Virus record (IMG/VR): IMGVR_UViG_3300046720_000004 | Span: 1-53,699 of that record | DNA: 53,699 nt | Direction: 5' to 3' (one strand) | From: a virus | Lineage: Duplodnaviria > Caudoviricetes | In this document: positions 18,157-26,833 of the stretch, piece by piece | Numbering within the stretch: the first letter of the stretch is position 1 | How the letters are laid out: the number at the start of each line of letters is the position of its first letter | Made by a program: the position numbers and the translations under genes | Notes under the pieces: model-generated | What the model was told of the DNA's origin: nothing | Seen by the model: the letters and a program-made list of their open reading frames with translations, nothing else | Database searches by the model: none

Positions 18157-18342
18157 TCAGGCGGGTGTGGTGCGGCGGAGGGCGTTGACCTCCGCCGGAT
18201 GGATCCCGGCATCCAGGGCCGCGTGGAGGTTGGTGCGCATGACCGCGACGTCGGCCGGGTTGGGCTGGCCGTGCTCCATCTGCTCGATGACTGCGTCGAC
18301 CGCGCCGGCGGCCTGCTGCGCGATGTGCTGCTGCCTGTTCAT
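18157..18342 (-). CDS. Small hypothetical protein
   Basis: GAGGA RBS; MNRQQHIAQQAAGAV... Confidence 0.6.
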   Translation of the reverse strand: MNRQQHIAQQAAGAVDAVIEQMEHGQPNPADVAVMRTNLHAALDAGIHPAEVNALRRTTPA

Positions 18343-18466
18343 GTGGTCCTCTCTCGTCGTGCTCGGTCTCGCGGTGGTCTTGGGTGGGCCGGGACGGTGG
18401 GGTCCGTCCCGGCCCGTGGGGTGCCTGGCCGCCGTGGGGGACGGGGGTGGGCCGGGCACCCCGGCT

Positions 18467-18733
18467 TTAGGGGGTGGGGTCGGGCGGCCGCTCGGTGGTC
18501 CACGGGAACGGCGACAGGCCGGCCGCAGCTTTGAACACGCGGATCGCCGCGCCCGCGGGGGCGTCGGGCAGGGCGTACACCCGGCCGCGCCCCAACGAGG
18601 CGAGGAGTCGCGCGGCGTGGTGCTCGCAGCCGTCCGCCCCTGCGTTGTGCCGGTCCAGCACGGTCACGACGACCGGGCCGTCGCACGGGGTGGGGTCCTC
18701 GCGGTGCGCAGCGGGGCAGCGGGCGGTGGTCAC
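18467..18733 (-). CDS. Small Cys/His protein typical of Streptomyces plasmids/AICEs
   Basis: RCPAAH.EDPTPCDGP...GCEHHAARLLASL...AAIRVFKAA. Confidence 0.7.
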   Translation of the reverse strand: MTTARCPAAHREDPTPCDGPVVVTVLDRHNAGADGCEHHAARLLASLGRGRVYALPDAPAGAAIRVFKAAAGLSPFPWTTERPPDPTP

Positions 18734-19326
18734 TGGGTCACCTCCGCGAGCGTGTCCAGGACGGGCCACAGCACGTCATCGCGGCCGTACTCGGGATCGA
18801 CCAAGGTGACCTGCCACGCCCGTTCCACGGCGGCGAACGCATCCCGGCCGACGGTCGGCCACATCACCCGCAGGTCCCGGCGGGTCAGGTGCCCGCCGAA
18901 GGAGGTGTACGGCCCGTCGTCGCGGGTGGTGACGGTGACGCCGTCCCCCCAGGGGCCGGGCACCAGGCCGGGCACCGAAACCAGCAGGCCCGCCTGCCCG
19001 GCCGCGGGCAGCAGCCGGGACAGCGCTGCCGGGTCCGCGACGTGTCCCTGCACTGCGGCGCGCTGGGCCCACGTGGCCCCGTCGAACCCGGGCCTCGGTC
19101 CGTGGCCCGGCTGCGAACAGGTGGTGAGGAAACCCGCCCGGTTCGCGGCGGCCAGCGTCGGGACCAGCCCGGCCGTCTCCTCGTCCGGGCCGCACCGCGG
19201 CTGGTAGCCCGGCTGCGAGCGGATCTCGCCCTCCAGCCACAGGGCCATCAGCGAGCCCAGGTCGGCCACCGCGCGGGCGGCCACCCAACGGCGGCGATCA
19301 GACCGGGACATCCAGGGGAGGTTCAC
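18730..19326 (-). CDS. Conserved hypothetical protein (DUF6919-like)
   Basis: MALWLEGEI..QPGY...PDEET..LVPTLAAANRAGFLT..SQPG...QRAAV.G. Confidence 0.7.
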   Translation of the reverse strand: MNLPWMSRSDRRRWVAARAVADLGSLMALWLEGEIRSQPGYQPRCGPDEETAGLVPTLAAANRAGFLTTCSQPGHGPRPGFDGATWAQRAAVQGHVADPAALSRLLPAAGQAGLLVSVPGLVPGPWGDGVTVTTRDDGPYTSFGGHLTRRDLRVMWPTVGRDAFAAVERAWQVTLVDPEYGRDDVLWPVLDTLAEVTQ

Positions 19327-19853
19327 GCCGCCACCTCCGCCGGGTGCACGCTCTCGGCGTGTGCCAGCTGCACCCGGTATGCCTGGCCTTCGTCGGCCTG
19401 CAGCCGCAGGTGCTCGCGGTAGAGCTCTTCGTCCGTCAGGCGGCTGGTGCCGAGGTGGTGCCGGACGACGGCGGTGAGCTGCGCCCGACGCTCGGGCCGG
19501 GACAACTGCACGCAGTGGACCAGCTCGTGCACGAGGTAGTCCTCAAGACGCGGGTCTGTGGCGGCCCAGCGCAGGACCAGGACCAGCACCCCGTCGGGGG
19601 CGACCACGGTGCGGGCCGCAGCGGTACGGGCGTCCGACCACGTGCGCAGCCACACCGCGGCGTGACGCCACCGCGAACCCCGCCCCGCAACCGCGGACTC
19701 CGAGCGGAGCACCGCCGTGGCCAGGGCGGTGCGGGACACGATCCGGACCTCCACCGGAGGCAGGACCGCGCCGGTGCGGGCCGACACCACAGCAGCCGCG
19801 CGGGCAGCTGGTGCGGCCAGGGCGGGCGGGACAGAGAACGGGGCGGAGGTCAT
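19323..19853 (-). CDS. Putative zincin metallopeptidase
   Basis: LVHELVHCVQ (HExxH) plus downstream DEGQA. Confidence 0.65.
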   Translation of the reverse strand: MTSAPFSVPPALAAPAARAAAVVSARTGAVLPPVEVRIVSRTALATAVLRSESAVAGRGSRWRHAAVWLRTWSDARTAAARTVVAPDGVLVLVLRWAATDPRLEDYLVHELVHCVQLSRPERRAQLTAVVRHHLGTSRLTDEELYREHLRLQADEGQAYRVQLAHAESVHPAEVAA

Positions 19854-20122
19854 GAGGCCACCGCGCCGATCTGCGTGCCGTGCAGCTCGTCAGTCAGGCG
19901 GACGCCGTCGCCGGGGTGGGCCAGGTCGTACCGCGCCGCCTCGGCCAGCAGGGCGAGTTCACGCTCCCAGTCACCGCGAGCCGCCACGTACTCCGTGACT
20001 AGGTCGGCGCGGTATCCGGCATCCGCGTCAGCGACCGTGGCGCGGGCCCGGTGCTGGACGGCCAGGTCGCTCGCAGCGGCAGCATCCGCGTCGAAAAGCG
20101 CGGACAGGACAGTGGACATCAC
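19850..20122 (-). CDS. Hypothetical protein
   Basis: Coupled overlaps at both ends. Confidence 0.6.
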   Translation of the reverse strand: MMSTVLSALFDADAAAASDLAVQHRARATVADADAGYRADLVTEYVAARGDWERELALLAEAARYDLAHPGDGVRLTDELHGTQIGAVAS

Positions 20123-20394
20123 GCGACCTGCTCTTTCTCGGGCTCAGTGGCCGATCCGTAGCGCAAGCGCTCGGCGACCGCAGACTCAGGGATTCGGATG
20201 GCCCCGCCACGCTTCTTCGCGCCCTGCTGGCGCTGCTTGCCGTAGCGGACGGCTTCCAGCTCTCCCTCTTCGATCCACCGGTACACGGTGGAGATGTGGA
20301 CGCCCAACGCCGTGGCGACCTGGCGGACGCTCAGCACGGCGGGGCTCGGGGGAAGCATGGCGGGGGCTCCAATCGTGTTGCGGGACGCGAACAC
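20119..20394 (-). CDS. Excisionase-type HTH protein
   Basis: LSVRQVATALGVHISTVYRWIEEGELEAVRYG...IRIPESAV. Confidence 0.85.
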   Translation of the reverse strand: MFASRNTIGAPAMLPPSPAVLSVRQVATALGVHISTVYRWIEEGELEAVRYGKQRQQGAKKRGGAIRIPESAVAERLRYGSATEPEKEQVA

Positions 20395-20399
20395 TCCGG

Positions 20400-20433
20400 A
20401 CTGTACAGGGTTTCCTGAGACCCTGCAATGCTC
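20400..20433 (-). promoter_or_regulatory. Leftward promoter/operator of the xis-tra operon
   Basis: TTGCAG-N17-TACAGT with TCAGGAAACCCTG in the spacer. Confidence 0.7.
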
Positions 20434-20518
20434 GCGTCAGAATGCACCCGCGCCGCACAGGCTTACTGTGAATATAAGTAAGGTTCTCCGGAAACGCTGC
20501 ACAGCCAGGGAGAGGTGT

Positions 20519-21061
20519 ATGACCAGCGCAGATTGGGTCGGATCTTCGATTCCGTACATCTCGCCGACCGAAGCAGGACGCGGAGACGCTTGGCGAACCG
20601 AAGCCGCCGCCCTAGGAGGCAAGGGCACACAAAAGCTCGCCGAGGTCGGAGAACGCGTCCCGCCACCCGCCGTGCAGGACGCCCTGCAGCTATCCGCAGG
20701 AGAACTAGCCGTCGTGCGCCGCCGCATCATGTATCTCGATGACGCGGCGGTAGAGCTCACCGACTCGTACTACCCGCAGCGCATCGCTGCGGGCACCGAC
20801 CTCGCCATGCCCCGCAAAATCCGAGGCGGGGCCGTCCGCCTCCTGGGCGACCTGGGCTATGCGGCCGCAATCGTCAACGAGCAGATCGAGGCGCGCCCGC
20901 CCAGCGCAAACGAGCGCGAGGAGTTGACCCTCAGCGCAGACGAGTGGGTTCTGGTGCTCACCCGGCTCATCGCAGACGCCAGCGGCCAGCCGATCGAAGC
21001 CAGCGTGATGGCGATGCCCGCCAAGCAGAGGCGGCTGCACTATTCCATGAAAGTGGACTGA
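20519..21061 (+). CDS. UTRA-domain-only GntR-family protein
   Basis: GAGAGG RBS; UTRA motifs (VVRRRIMYLDDAAVELTDSYYP...KIRGGA); no N-terminal wHTH. Confidence 0.8.
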   Translation: MTSADWVGSSIPYISPTEAGRGDAWRTEAAALGGKGTQKLAEVGERVPPPAVQDALQLSAGELAVVRRRIMYLDDAAVELTDSYYPQRIAAGTDLAMPRKIRGGAVRLLGDLGYAAAIVNEQIEARPPSANEREELTLSADEWVLVLTRLIADASGQPIEASVMAMPAKQRRLHYSMKVD

Positions 21062-21064
21062 GAC

Positions 21065-21817
21065 ATGGCAGACGATAGAGAAGCGTGGGCCAGCCACGAA
21101 CTCATTGGCTCCTACTTGCGAGAGGGGATCCTCTCCGGCGACTTCGAGCCCGACACCCCACTGCCCTCCACCCGGGTGCTGAAGAAGATGTTCGGCGCCG
21201 CCCCGCAGACCATCTTCAGCGCCACCCAGAACCTTGCCAAGGAGGGCCTGGCCTACAGCAAGAAGGGCACCGGCATCATGGTCATCGGCCACAAGCAGAG
21301 GACGATGCAGCCCGCGAAGTACAAGGATCCGGCCGATCCGGGCCAGCCCTATAGATGGATTGGCGAGGCCAGCAAGCGCGGCTACCGGGGCAGCAGCAGC
21401 CTGCTCGACGTGAGTGAAGTAGTGCCGCCTGCCGATGTGCGCAAGGCCATGAGCCTTGCGGGCGACGCTAAAGCGCTGCGGCGCACTCAGGTGCTCATGC
21501 TCAATGATGAGCCGTGTGAACTGGTGAAGAATTACTACCCTCTCGACCTGGCTCGGGGCACGGACCTGGAGCAGCGCAAGAAGATTCGTGGGGGAGCCCC
21601 GCGGCTGCTGGCCGACCTGGGCTATCCACCTGCGCGGTGTATCGACCGGGTGTCGGCACGCCTGCCGACCCCGGAACAGTACGAGGCGCTTCAGATGACG
21701 ATGAAGCTGCCGATCCTGCGCACATTCCGTATCACCCACAGCGTCGGCGACCTGGTGATCGAGGTGACGGTCATGGCGAAGGCGGGCAACCGATACGAGC
21801 TGGAGTACGAGTTCTGA
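21065..21817 (+). CDS. GntR/HutC regulator (KorA/KorSA-like)
   Basis: LREGILSGDFEPDTPLPS wHTH plus UTRA domain; divergent from the tra operon. Confidence 0.88.
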   Translation: MADDREAWASHELIGSYLREGILSGDFEPDTPLPSTRVLKKMFGAAPQTIFSATQNLAKEGLAYSKKGTGIMVIGHKQRTMQPAKYKDPADPGQPYRWIGEASKRGYRGSSSLLDVSEVVPPADVRKAMSLAGDAKALRRTQVLMLNDEPCELVKNYYPLDLARGTDLEQRKKIRGGAPRLLADLGYPPARCIDRVSARLPTPEQYEALQMTMKLPILRTFRITHSVGDLVIEVTVMAKAGNRYELEYEF

Positions 21818-21902
21818 CCGTCGATCACGAAGCGGGGCTGCGAGGACGAGTACGGCGACCCCACCTACACCGACAACTACTACGGCTGACCGCACGCAAT
21901 GG

Positions 21903-21938
21903 AACAGCGCCCCACCCGAGCCGGGTGGGGCGCTGTTT
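21903..21938. terminator. Bidirectional terminator
   Basis: AACAGCGCCCCACCCG-AGC-CGGGTGGGGCGCTGTT between convergent genes. Confidence 0.85.
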
Positions 21939-21946
21939 CGTCGTGT

Positions 21947-22213
21947 TCAGCTGGCGGTGCGGTCCGCCACGTTGATGATGTACACGGCGCGGTGCCGTCT
22001 GTGTTCGAGATACCAGACCATCAGCGGGTCCTCGGCGATCGTGTACACACCGGAGACGCCGGAGTCCTCAATGGGCGGCTCGCCGAGGTGCTGGGCGCTG
22101 GCGGCGTCGCACAGGCGGCCGGCAAGGTCTTCGACCCGTTGCACGGCCTCGGCCGATAACCCGCCGACGACCTCGCTGGCGTTGGGGTCGTACTCCCAGG
22201 TCCAATCGCTCAC
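21947..22213 (-). CDS. Putative RelE/ParE-like toxin
   Basis: 88 aa, W.WEY.P...L...MVWYLEHRRHRAVYIINV; coupled behind the 22210 gene. Confidence 0.5.
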   Translation of the reverse strand: MSDWTWEYDPNASEVVGGLSAEAVQRVEDLAGRLCDAASAQHLGEPPIEDSGVSGVYTIAEDPLMVWYLEHRRHRAVYIINVADRTAS

Positions 22214-22566
22214 CTGGCGACCCCGGCCTCTGCGGTCTTCAGCATCTCGCTGATCTCGTGCCCGACCCTCCGCATGTCCTCGCGGGTCTCGGTCTCCTGG
22301 AACGCGCGCTCCAGCTCGCGCAGGGCGGCGGAGCGGGCCGGGTAGCGGTGCAGCTCGACCCACACGGCCCATTTGTACAGAAACATGCGCATCGGCACGG
22401 TGGAGTCTGTCTGCACAGCCTCCTGCCACACGTCGCGGAACTCCTGGTCGAGCTTGACGGCCTCGACCGGGTCGAGGCGCCGCACGGCGATCCGCAACGC
22501 GGCCTCCGTCCTCGGCGGCATCGGGAACAGCGGAGCTTCCGAGTGCTCAGTGCGTTGTGCGGACAT
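22210..22566 (-). CDS. DUF6247-like putative antitoxin
   Basis: MSAQ...PMPPRT.AALR.AV.RL.P...F...W.EA...P...F..KW. Confidence 0.65.
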   Translation of the reverse strand: MSAQRTEHSEAPLFPMPPRTEAALRIAVRRLDPVEAVKLDQEFRDVWQEAVQTDSTVPMRMFLYKWAVWVELHRYPARSAALRELERAFQETETREDMRRVGHEISEMLKTAEAGVAR

Positions 22567-22655
22567 GGCAGCCTCCAGCGGCGGTGAGGTTGGGCCGACC
22601 CTAACGCAAGCGGCGGCTCGTGCCGCCGCTTGCTGTCCGGTCTTGGGCCATGAGA

Positions 22656-22689
22656 GAGCATTGCAACATATCAGGAAACCCTGTACGGT
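22656..22689 (+). promoter_or_regulatory. Rightward promoter/operator of the second replication operon
   Basis: TTGCAA-N17-TACGGT with the same TCAGGAAACCCTG spacer as at 20400-20433. Confidence 0.7.
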
Positions 22690-22703
22690 CCTGGTCATAG
22701 GCG

Positions 22704-22793
22704 TTGATCCAGGCTTCCAGCCGCCAATGCGAACGGCCGAGGTGCTGAAACACCCCGGCCGCGACAACCAGCGAGTACCAGCTCGCTGATCAA
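22704..22793 (+). ncRNA. Putative structured leader RNA (multibranched)
   Basis: TTGAT/ATCAA closing stem enclosing GGCT/AGCC, CGGCCG..GGTG/CACC..CGGCCG and CAGCGAG/CTCGCTG hairpins. Confidence 0.4.
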
Positions 22794-22816
22794 GGAACCC
22801 CAACGAAAGGTCCAAC

Positions 22817-23245
22817 ATGACTGTACTGCAACCTGCCCTGCCCACCTCTGCCCGGTCGTTAGCTCTGAGCCTGTGGGGTGGCGGGAGTCTCGCCGTCCCT
22901 GAGCCGTCGTGGTGCACCGGCGAGCACGCTGCGGACCGGGTCAGCGGCCACCCGGTGGACATCACCCACGAGTCGGGCAGCGTCGCCTTGAGCCTCCCGG
23001 TGTGGGGCAGCGGCGTCGACGTCCTCCTGCGCGCGCGCATCACCTCCCGCCCGTTCTCCGGGCCCGAGCACACGGCCCCGACGGTCACCATCGAGACCAG
23101 CGGGGACGAGGTCATGGAAGGCCTCGACCCCACCGACCTCGACAGCGTGATCGCCCAGGTTGAGCGGCACGTCGAAGCGCTCCGCGAGATCCGCGAGCAG
23201 CTGGCCCGGGCCCGCCACGAACACGAAGCGGAGCGGAGACGATGA
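22817..23245 (+). CDS. DUF6907-like protein
   Basis: GAAAGG RBS; EPSWCTGEH...DITH. Confidence 0.7.
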   Translation: MTVLQPALPTSARSLALSLWGGGSLAVPEPSWCTGEHAADRVSGHPVDITHESGSVALSLPVWGSGVDVLLRARITSRPFSGPEHTAPTVTIETSGDEVMEGLDPTDLDSVIAQVERHVEALREIREQLARARHEHEAERRR

Positions 23246-23316
23246 ACGAGATCACGCCGTTCGAGTTCCCCGACACGGGGCAGCCCGGGCCCGACCTCGC
23301 CACCTGCACCCGGTAA
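23242..23316 (+). pseudogene. Truncated Bro-N/antirepressor N-terminus
   Basis: MNEITPFEFPDTGQP then a stop after 24 aa; ATGA-coupled. Confidence 0.55.
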
Positions 23317-23420
23317 CCCGCCGCGCGCACCAGGCCCCGCCCACCGCGGCGGGGGCGGAACACGACAGCGGCCGGGCGGCGGTAGGCCGCCCGGCCCGAG
23401 AGAAAGTCGCTCCCTTGAGC

Positions 23421-24071
23421 ATGATCCGCATCGCGGGGCCGATCGGCCCTCAGGACATAACATCGATCGCCAAGGCGGCAGCCTTGGACGACAAGCTGAG
23501 CTACGCGGCCCGCGGGCTGCTGCTCGACCTCATGAGCCGCCCAGAGGACTTCCTCGCCAGCGCAGACATACTGTCCCGGGCAGCCCGCGCCGCCCGCGGG
23601 GACACGCTGGGCGAAGGCCGCCGGGCGATGCGGGCGCTCTTCGCCGAGCTGGAGCGGGCTGGGTACATACGGTGGGGGCGGAGTCGGACTGCGAGCGGGG
23701 AGTTCTTCACCGCGATCACGGTGACCGATCTTCCGGGCCATGAGGAAACTGCGGAGGTTTCCCAACCGGCAGCCCCCTCAAGGCTGGAGACCGACCAGAG
23801 CGGCATCGTCTACGTCATCGGGGACGGCCGCAGCAACGTCGTAAAGATCGGGATTACCAAGAACTTGCGGTCTCGACTCAAGGGCATGCAGGTCAGCTAT
23901 CCATACGAGCTACGCGTGCTGTGCTCTTTCCCGGGCAGCGTCGGCCTGGAGGCGCATCTTCACCGGCGTTTCCACGGTCTGCGAACGCAGGGCGAGTGGT
24001 TCGACTTCGCCGGGGTCGATGCCGTCGCGGTGATCTCTCAGGCCGCTGCCAACTTCGAGGTGACCGAGTGA
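23421..24071 (+). CDS. wHTH fused to a T5orf172/GIY-YIG-like domain
   Basis: D.KLSYAARGLL..L.SRP...ELERAGY N-terminal half; IVYVIG...VKIGIT..L.SRL..Q...E.HLH.RF..R.QGEWF C-terminal half. Confidence 0.8.
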   Translation: MIRIAGPIGPQDITSIAKAAALDDKLSYAARGLLLDLMSRPEDFLASADILSRAARAARGDTLGEGRRAMRALFAELERAGYIRWGRSRTASGEFFTAITVTDLPGHEETAEVSQPAAPSRLETDQSGIVYVIGDGRSNVVKIGITKNLRSRLKGMQVSYPYELRVLCSFPGSVGLEAHLHRRFHGLRTQGEWFDFAGVDAVAVISQAAANFEVTE

Positions 24072-25264
24072 GCCTCGACCCGATCCTGTGGGCGCTGAAG
24101 GACGCGACCGTAGCCGACAGCCTGGAACGGCTCGTCCTGGTCGTCCTCGCCGAACACGCGGGCTCCGCGGACGGCTGCACCGCCTTCCCGTCCCGCGACA
24201 CCATCTCGTCGCTCGTCCTCGCCGACCCGAAGACCGTGCAGCGAGTGATCCAGCGGCTCATCAAGCGCAGGCTGATCGCTCGCGGCGACCAGAGCGCAGC
24301 CCGGTACATCCGGGCGGACCGGCGGCCCGTGGTGTACGACCTGCTGATCCCGTACTCGTGGTTCCCCAACCCGGAGCGAATGAACGAGGAGCGCCGGAAG
24401 CGGGGCCTGACGCCGTTGACTCCGAAGGACCGGCCGGACATCGTTCTCGCTCCCTCCAGGGCGCGGCGCAAGGACCTGGGCGTTCCGCGGCCGAAGAAGG
24501 TCGAGCGGGGGGACTCGCAGTCCCCGCGTCAGACGCAGGAGCAAACCGGGCACGGGGGGACTGTGAATCCCGCACGGGGGGACTCACAGTCCCGCACGGG
24601 GGGACTTGAAGACCCCCGAACCTCCTATGTGAACCTCCCATCTGGAAACCACCCATCTCTCTCTCCTCCGCCGTCACCTGAGCCGCCCGCCGCTGCTCCC
24701 GTTGCCGGCGAGGAGAGAGAGACGATCGCGGCTTCGCCGGACAAGCCCACCTCCACTGCCCAGCGGGTGGTCCGTGCCGCTGCCGTCGTGACCGCCGAGG
24801 AGGAACCGGCGTTCATCGCGTGGGCCACCACGGTCCATCAGCCCCGTGGCGGGGCGTGGTGGCGTGCTGTGGCCGCCAACGGGGACCTGCCCGACCTCGC
24901 CGACGAGTGGCGCGCAGAACGAGCCCCAGCGCCCGCACAACGGCCCCCAGCCCGGGTCATCCCCGAATGGTGCGGGCAGTGCGACGGCGAACCCATCGCC
25001 CAACGCTGGCAGGAAGGCGACGACGGGCGGGTGCGCCAATGCCCCCGCTGCCACCCCGACGCCATCCCCACCCACGCCGACAAGCGCGCACACCAGCCCT
25101 ACAAGAACCCGGTCGACCAGTCCGCCTACAACAGGGACCTGTGGGGACGGCCGCTACCCGGGACGGACACGCGGGTCGCCGGGTGGCTCGCCCTGCCCAC
25201 CCAACTCCAGGCCGAGGAAACCCAGGCGGCAGCGAGCATCGGTGACCCGTATCACCAGCCGTGA
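24068..25264 (+). CDS. Replication initiator 2 (N-terminal HTH, C-terminal Zn finger)
   Basis: RLVLVVLAEHA...AFPSRDTI...VQR.I.RL HTH; internal iterons; WCGQCD...CPRCHP. Confidence 0.75.
   Translation: MSLDPILWALKDATVADSLERLVLVVLAEHAGSADGCTAFPSRDTISSLVLADPKTVQRVIQRLIKRRLIARGDQSAARYIRADRRPVVYDLLIPYSWFPNPERMNEERRKRGLTPLTPKDRPDIVLAPSRARRKDLGVPRPKKVERGDSQSPRQTQEQTGHGGTVNPARGDSQSRTGGLEDPRTSYVNLPSGNHPSLSPPPSPEPPAAAPVAGEERETIAASPDKPTSTAQRVVRAAAVVTAEEEPAFIAWATTVHQPRGGAWWRAVAANGDLPDLADEWRAERAPAPAQRPPARVIPEWCGQCDGEPIAQRWQEGDDGRVRQCPRCHPDAIPTHADKRAHQPYKNPVDQSAYNRDLWGRPLPGTDTRVAGWLALPTQLQAEETQAAASIGDPYHQP
24506..24619 (+). repeat. Intragenic iterons (putative origin 2)
   Basis: GCACGGGGGGACT at 24550, 24572 and 24594 (22-bp period) plus CGGGGGGACT at 24506. 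Confidence 0.7.
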
Positions 25265-25347
25265 GCTGCGGTTTTACCGCCGAACAGGTACCGATCAAGA
25301 CGGCATCTGAGAGATAATCAACTACCGTAAACCAGGAGGAAACCATC

Positions 25348-26205
25348 ATGGGTGCCGCACTGCATCTGGCCCACGCCCACCAGCCTCCGCCCGGGCCGAA
25401 ACGCAAACGCAAGGGCGGCGGAGGGAATGATGGCCCGGAGGCGTTCGCCAGCTTCGCCAGACGGATCTACGCCGACGACCGGGCCGACGGCGACGCCCGC
25501 GCCCTGCTCCTGGCCGTCGCCTACGCCATCACCCTGTCAGGCGCCGGACAAGGTGACGGCCGGTCGCAGTGGACCGCGGTCCGGCAGGCTCTCGGTATCG
25601 GCATTGGCCGCCGCCGATGCGTGGATCCGCTCGCGGAGCTGGTGCGCAAGGACGTTCCCCGCTACACCTCGCCGGAGTACATGCCTGGCGGGTACGACTC
25701 GCTCCACCGCCGCTGTCAGGCCCCGCGGCTGCGCCCGTACCAGACGCGGATCCCGGCTGGCGCCGACGCACGCACCCGCGCGGCATATGCCAAGCAGGAC
25801 GCGGAAGACTTCCGCAACGCCCAAGGCGTCTGCGGTGAGGGCGGGCAGCACGGCGTGGTAGAGAAGGACCCCGTCACCGGCTGGCACACGATCCGGTACT
25901 TCTGCAACCGGCACCACGCTCACGCCGCGCGGGTCGCCGCGCAGGTGAAGGCGCAGAACGCCGCTGCCCCGGCGCCGATCCCGAACCAGGGCGGCCTGTT
26001 GCCGTCGTACTTCGACGCGGACTGGCTGCGGGTGTACCGCTGGCACTCCCGCCGGAAGGACTGGCAGCCGCCGGTGTACGGCCTGCGCGCCGACGACTGG
26101 CCCACCCCCGGCAGGGACACTCCGATCCACCACCCTCGGCTGCGCCTGGTCGTGGGTGGCACCGAACTCGACGGGGAAACCGGGCAGGATGGAGGGCATG
26201 GCTGA
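25348..26205 (+). CDS. Hypothetical Cys/His-containing protein
   Basis: AGGAGG RBS; C..PR, CG..G, FCNRH motifs. Confidence 0.65.
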   Translation: MGAALHLAHAHQPPPGPKRKRKGGGGNDGPEAFASFARRIYADDRADGDARALLLAVAYAITLSGAGQGDGRSQWTAVRQALGIGIGRRRCVDPLAELVRKDVPRYTSPEYMPGGYDSLHRRCQAPRLRPYQTRIPAGADARTRAAYAKQDAEDFRNAQGVCGEGGQHGVVEKDPVTGWHTIRYFCNRHHAHAARVAAQVKAQNAAAPAPIPNQGGLLPSYFDADWLRVYRWHSRRKDWQPPVYGLRADDWPTPGRDTPIHHPRLRLVVGGTELDGETGQDGGHG

Positions 26206-26440
26206 CACATGGGATGGCGACCCGCTCGCCGATGCGAACGTCTTGAAGGTGGACGTCCATTACCGGATCCACGACGTAGACACAGGCAAGCTCTTGGGAT
26301 TCGGCACGGCCCTTCGGGGGGTGCTCGGGGCGATGACGGAGCACTGCAGGCGCGTCGCGGACGCGAACCCTGGTCGGTTTCTCGTCGTCCGGCAGTACGA
26401 CCGGCCTGCCGGGCCGCAGTTCGAGAACGAGGCCGGGTAG
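26198..26440 (+). CDS. Hypothetical protein
   Basis: GGAGG RBS; overlaps the upstream stop. Confidence 0.6.
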   Translation: MADTWDGDPLADANVLKVDVHYRIHDVDTGKLLGFGTALRGVLGAMTEHCRRVADANPGRFLVVRQYDRPAGPQFENEAG

Positions 26441-26573
26441 CCTCCGGAGTTCCTGCGGCTCGACCGCCGCCCGACCGACCTTGCCGTGTGGCGGTCGATC
26501 AAGCCTGCCGGATCCGACCCGTTCAAGGTCGACGAGGAGGGTTGCTCGCCGGCATCTGACCCCGCACAACGCG

Positions 26574-26609
26574 CAGCCCCCGCCGCCGGACACCCGGCGG
26601 CGGGGGCTG
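26574..26609. terminator. Bidirectional terminator
   Basis: CAGCCCCCGCCGCCGG-ACAC-CCGGCGGCGGGGGCTG. Confidence 0.8.
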
Positions 26610-26622
26610 TGTCGTGCGGCGT

Positions 26623-26817
26623 TCAGCCGTCGGTCTTGGCTCTGGTGTTTGGCCGTGTCGGCAGCTTCGCTCCGGGCCGGCGCAGCCACCAGTGGACGAG
26701 TTCCTTGATGACGGTGCCCCGGTCGCTGTCCTGAGTTTCGGCGCCTGCGAGCAGGTCGGCCCAGTCTTCGTCGGAGAAGCGGACTGACCGGTGCTTGTTC
26801 TTGGGCACGTTCGGCAT
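26623..26817 (-). CDS. Ribbon-helix-helix repressor
   Basis: KHRSVRFSDEDW...R..VI.ELV.WWLRRPGAKLP.RP. Confidence 0.75.
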   Translation of the reverse strand: MPNVPKNKHRSVRFSDEDWADLLAGAETQDSDRGTVIKELVHWWLRRPGAKLPTRPNTRAKTDG

Positions 26818-26833
26818 GGGGCCACGGTAGCAC

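Noticed and set aside
21818-21889. Fragment reading ...CEDEYGDPTYTDNYYG-stop
   Set aside because: Coding-like 3' remnant without a start; cannot be assigned
24506-24619. CRISPR-like mini-array
   Set aside because: 13-bp units with 9-bp spacers inside a rep gene and no cas genes; better explained as iterons
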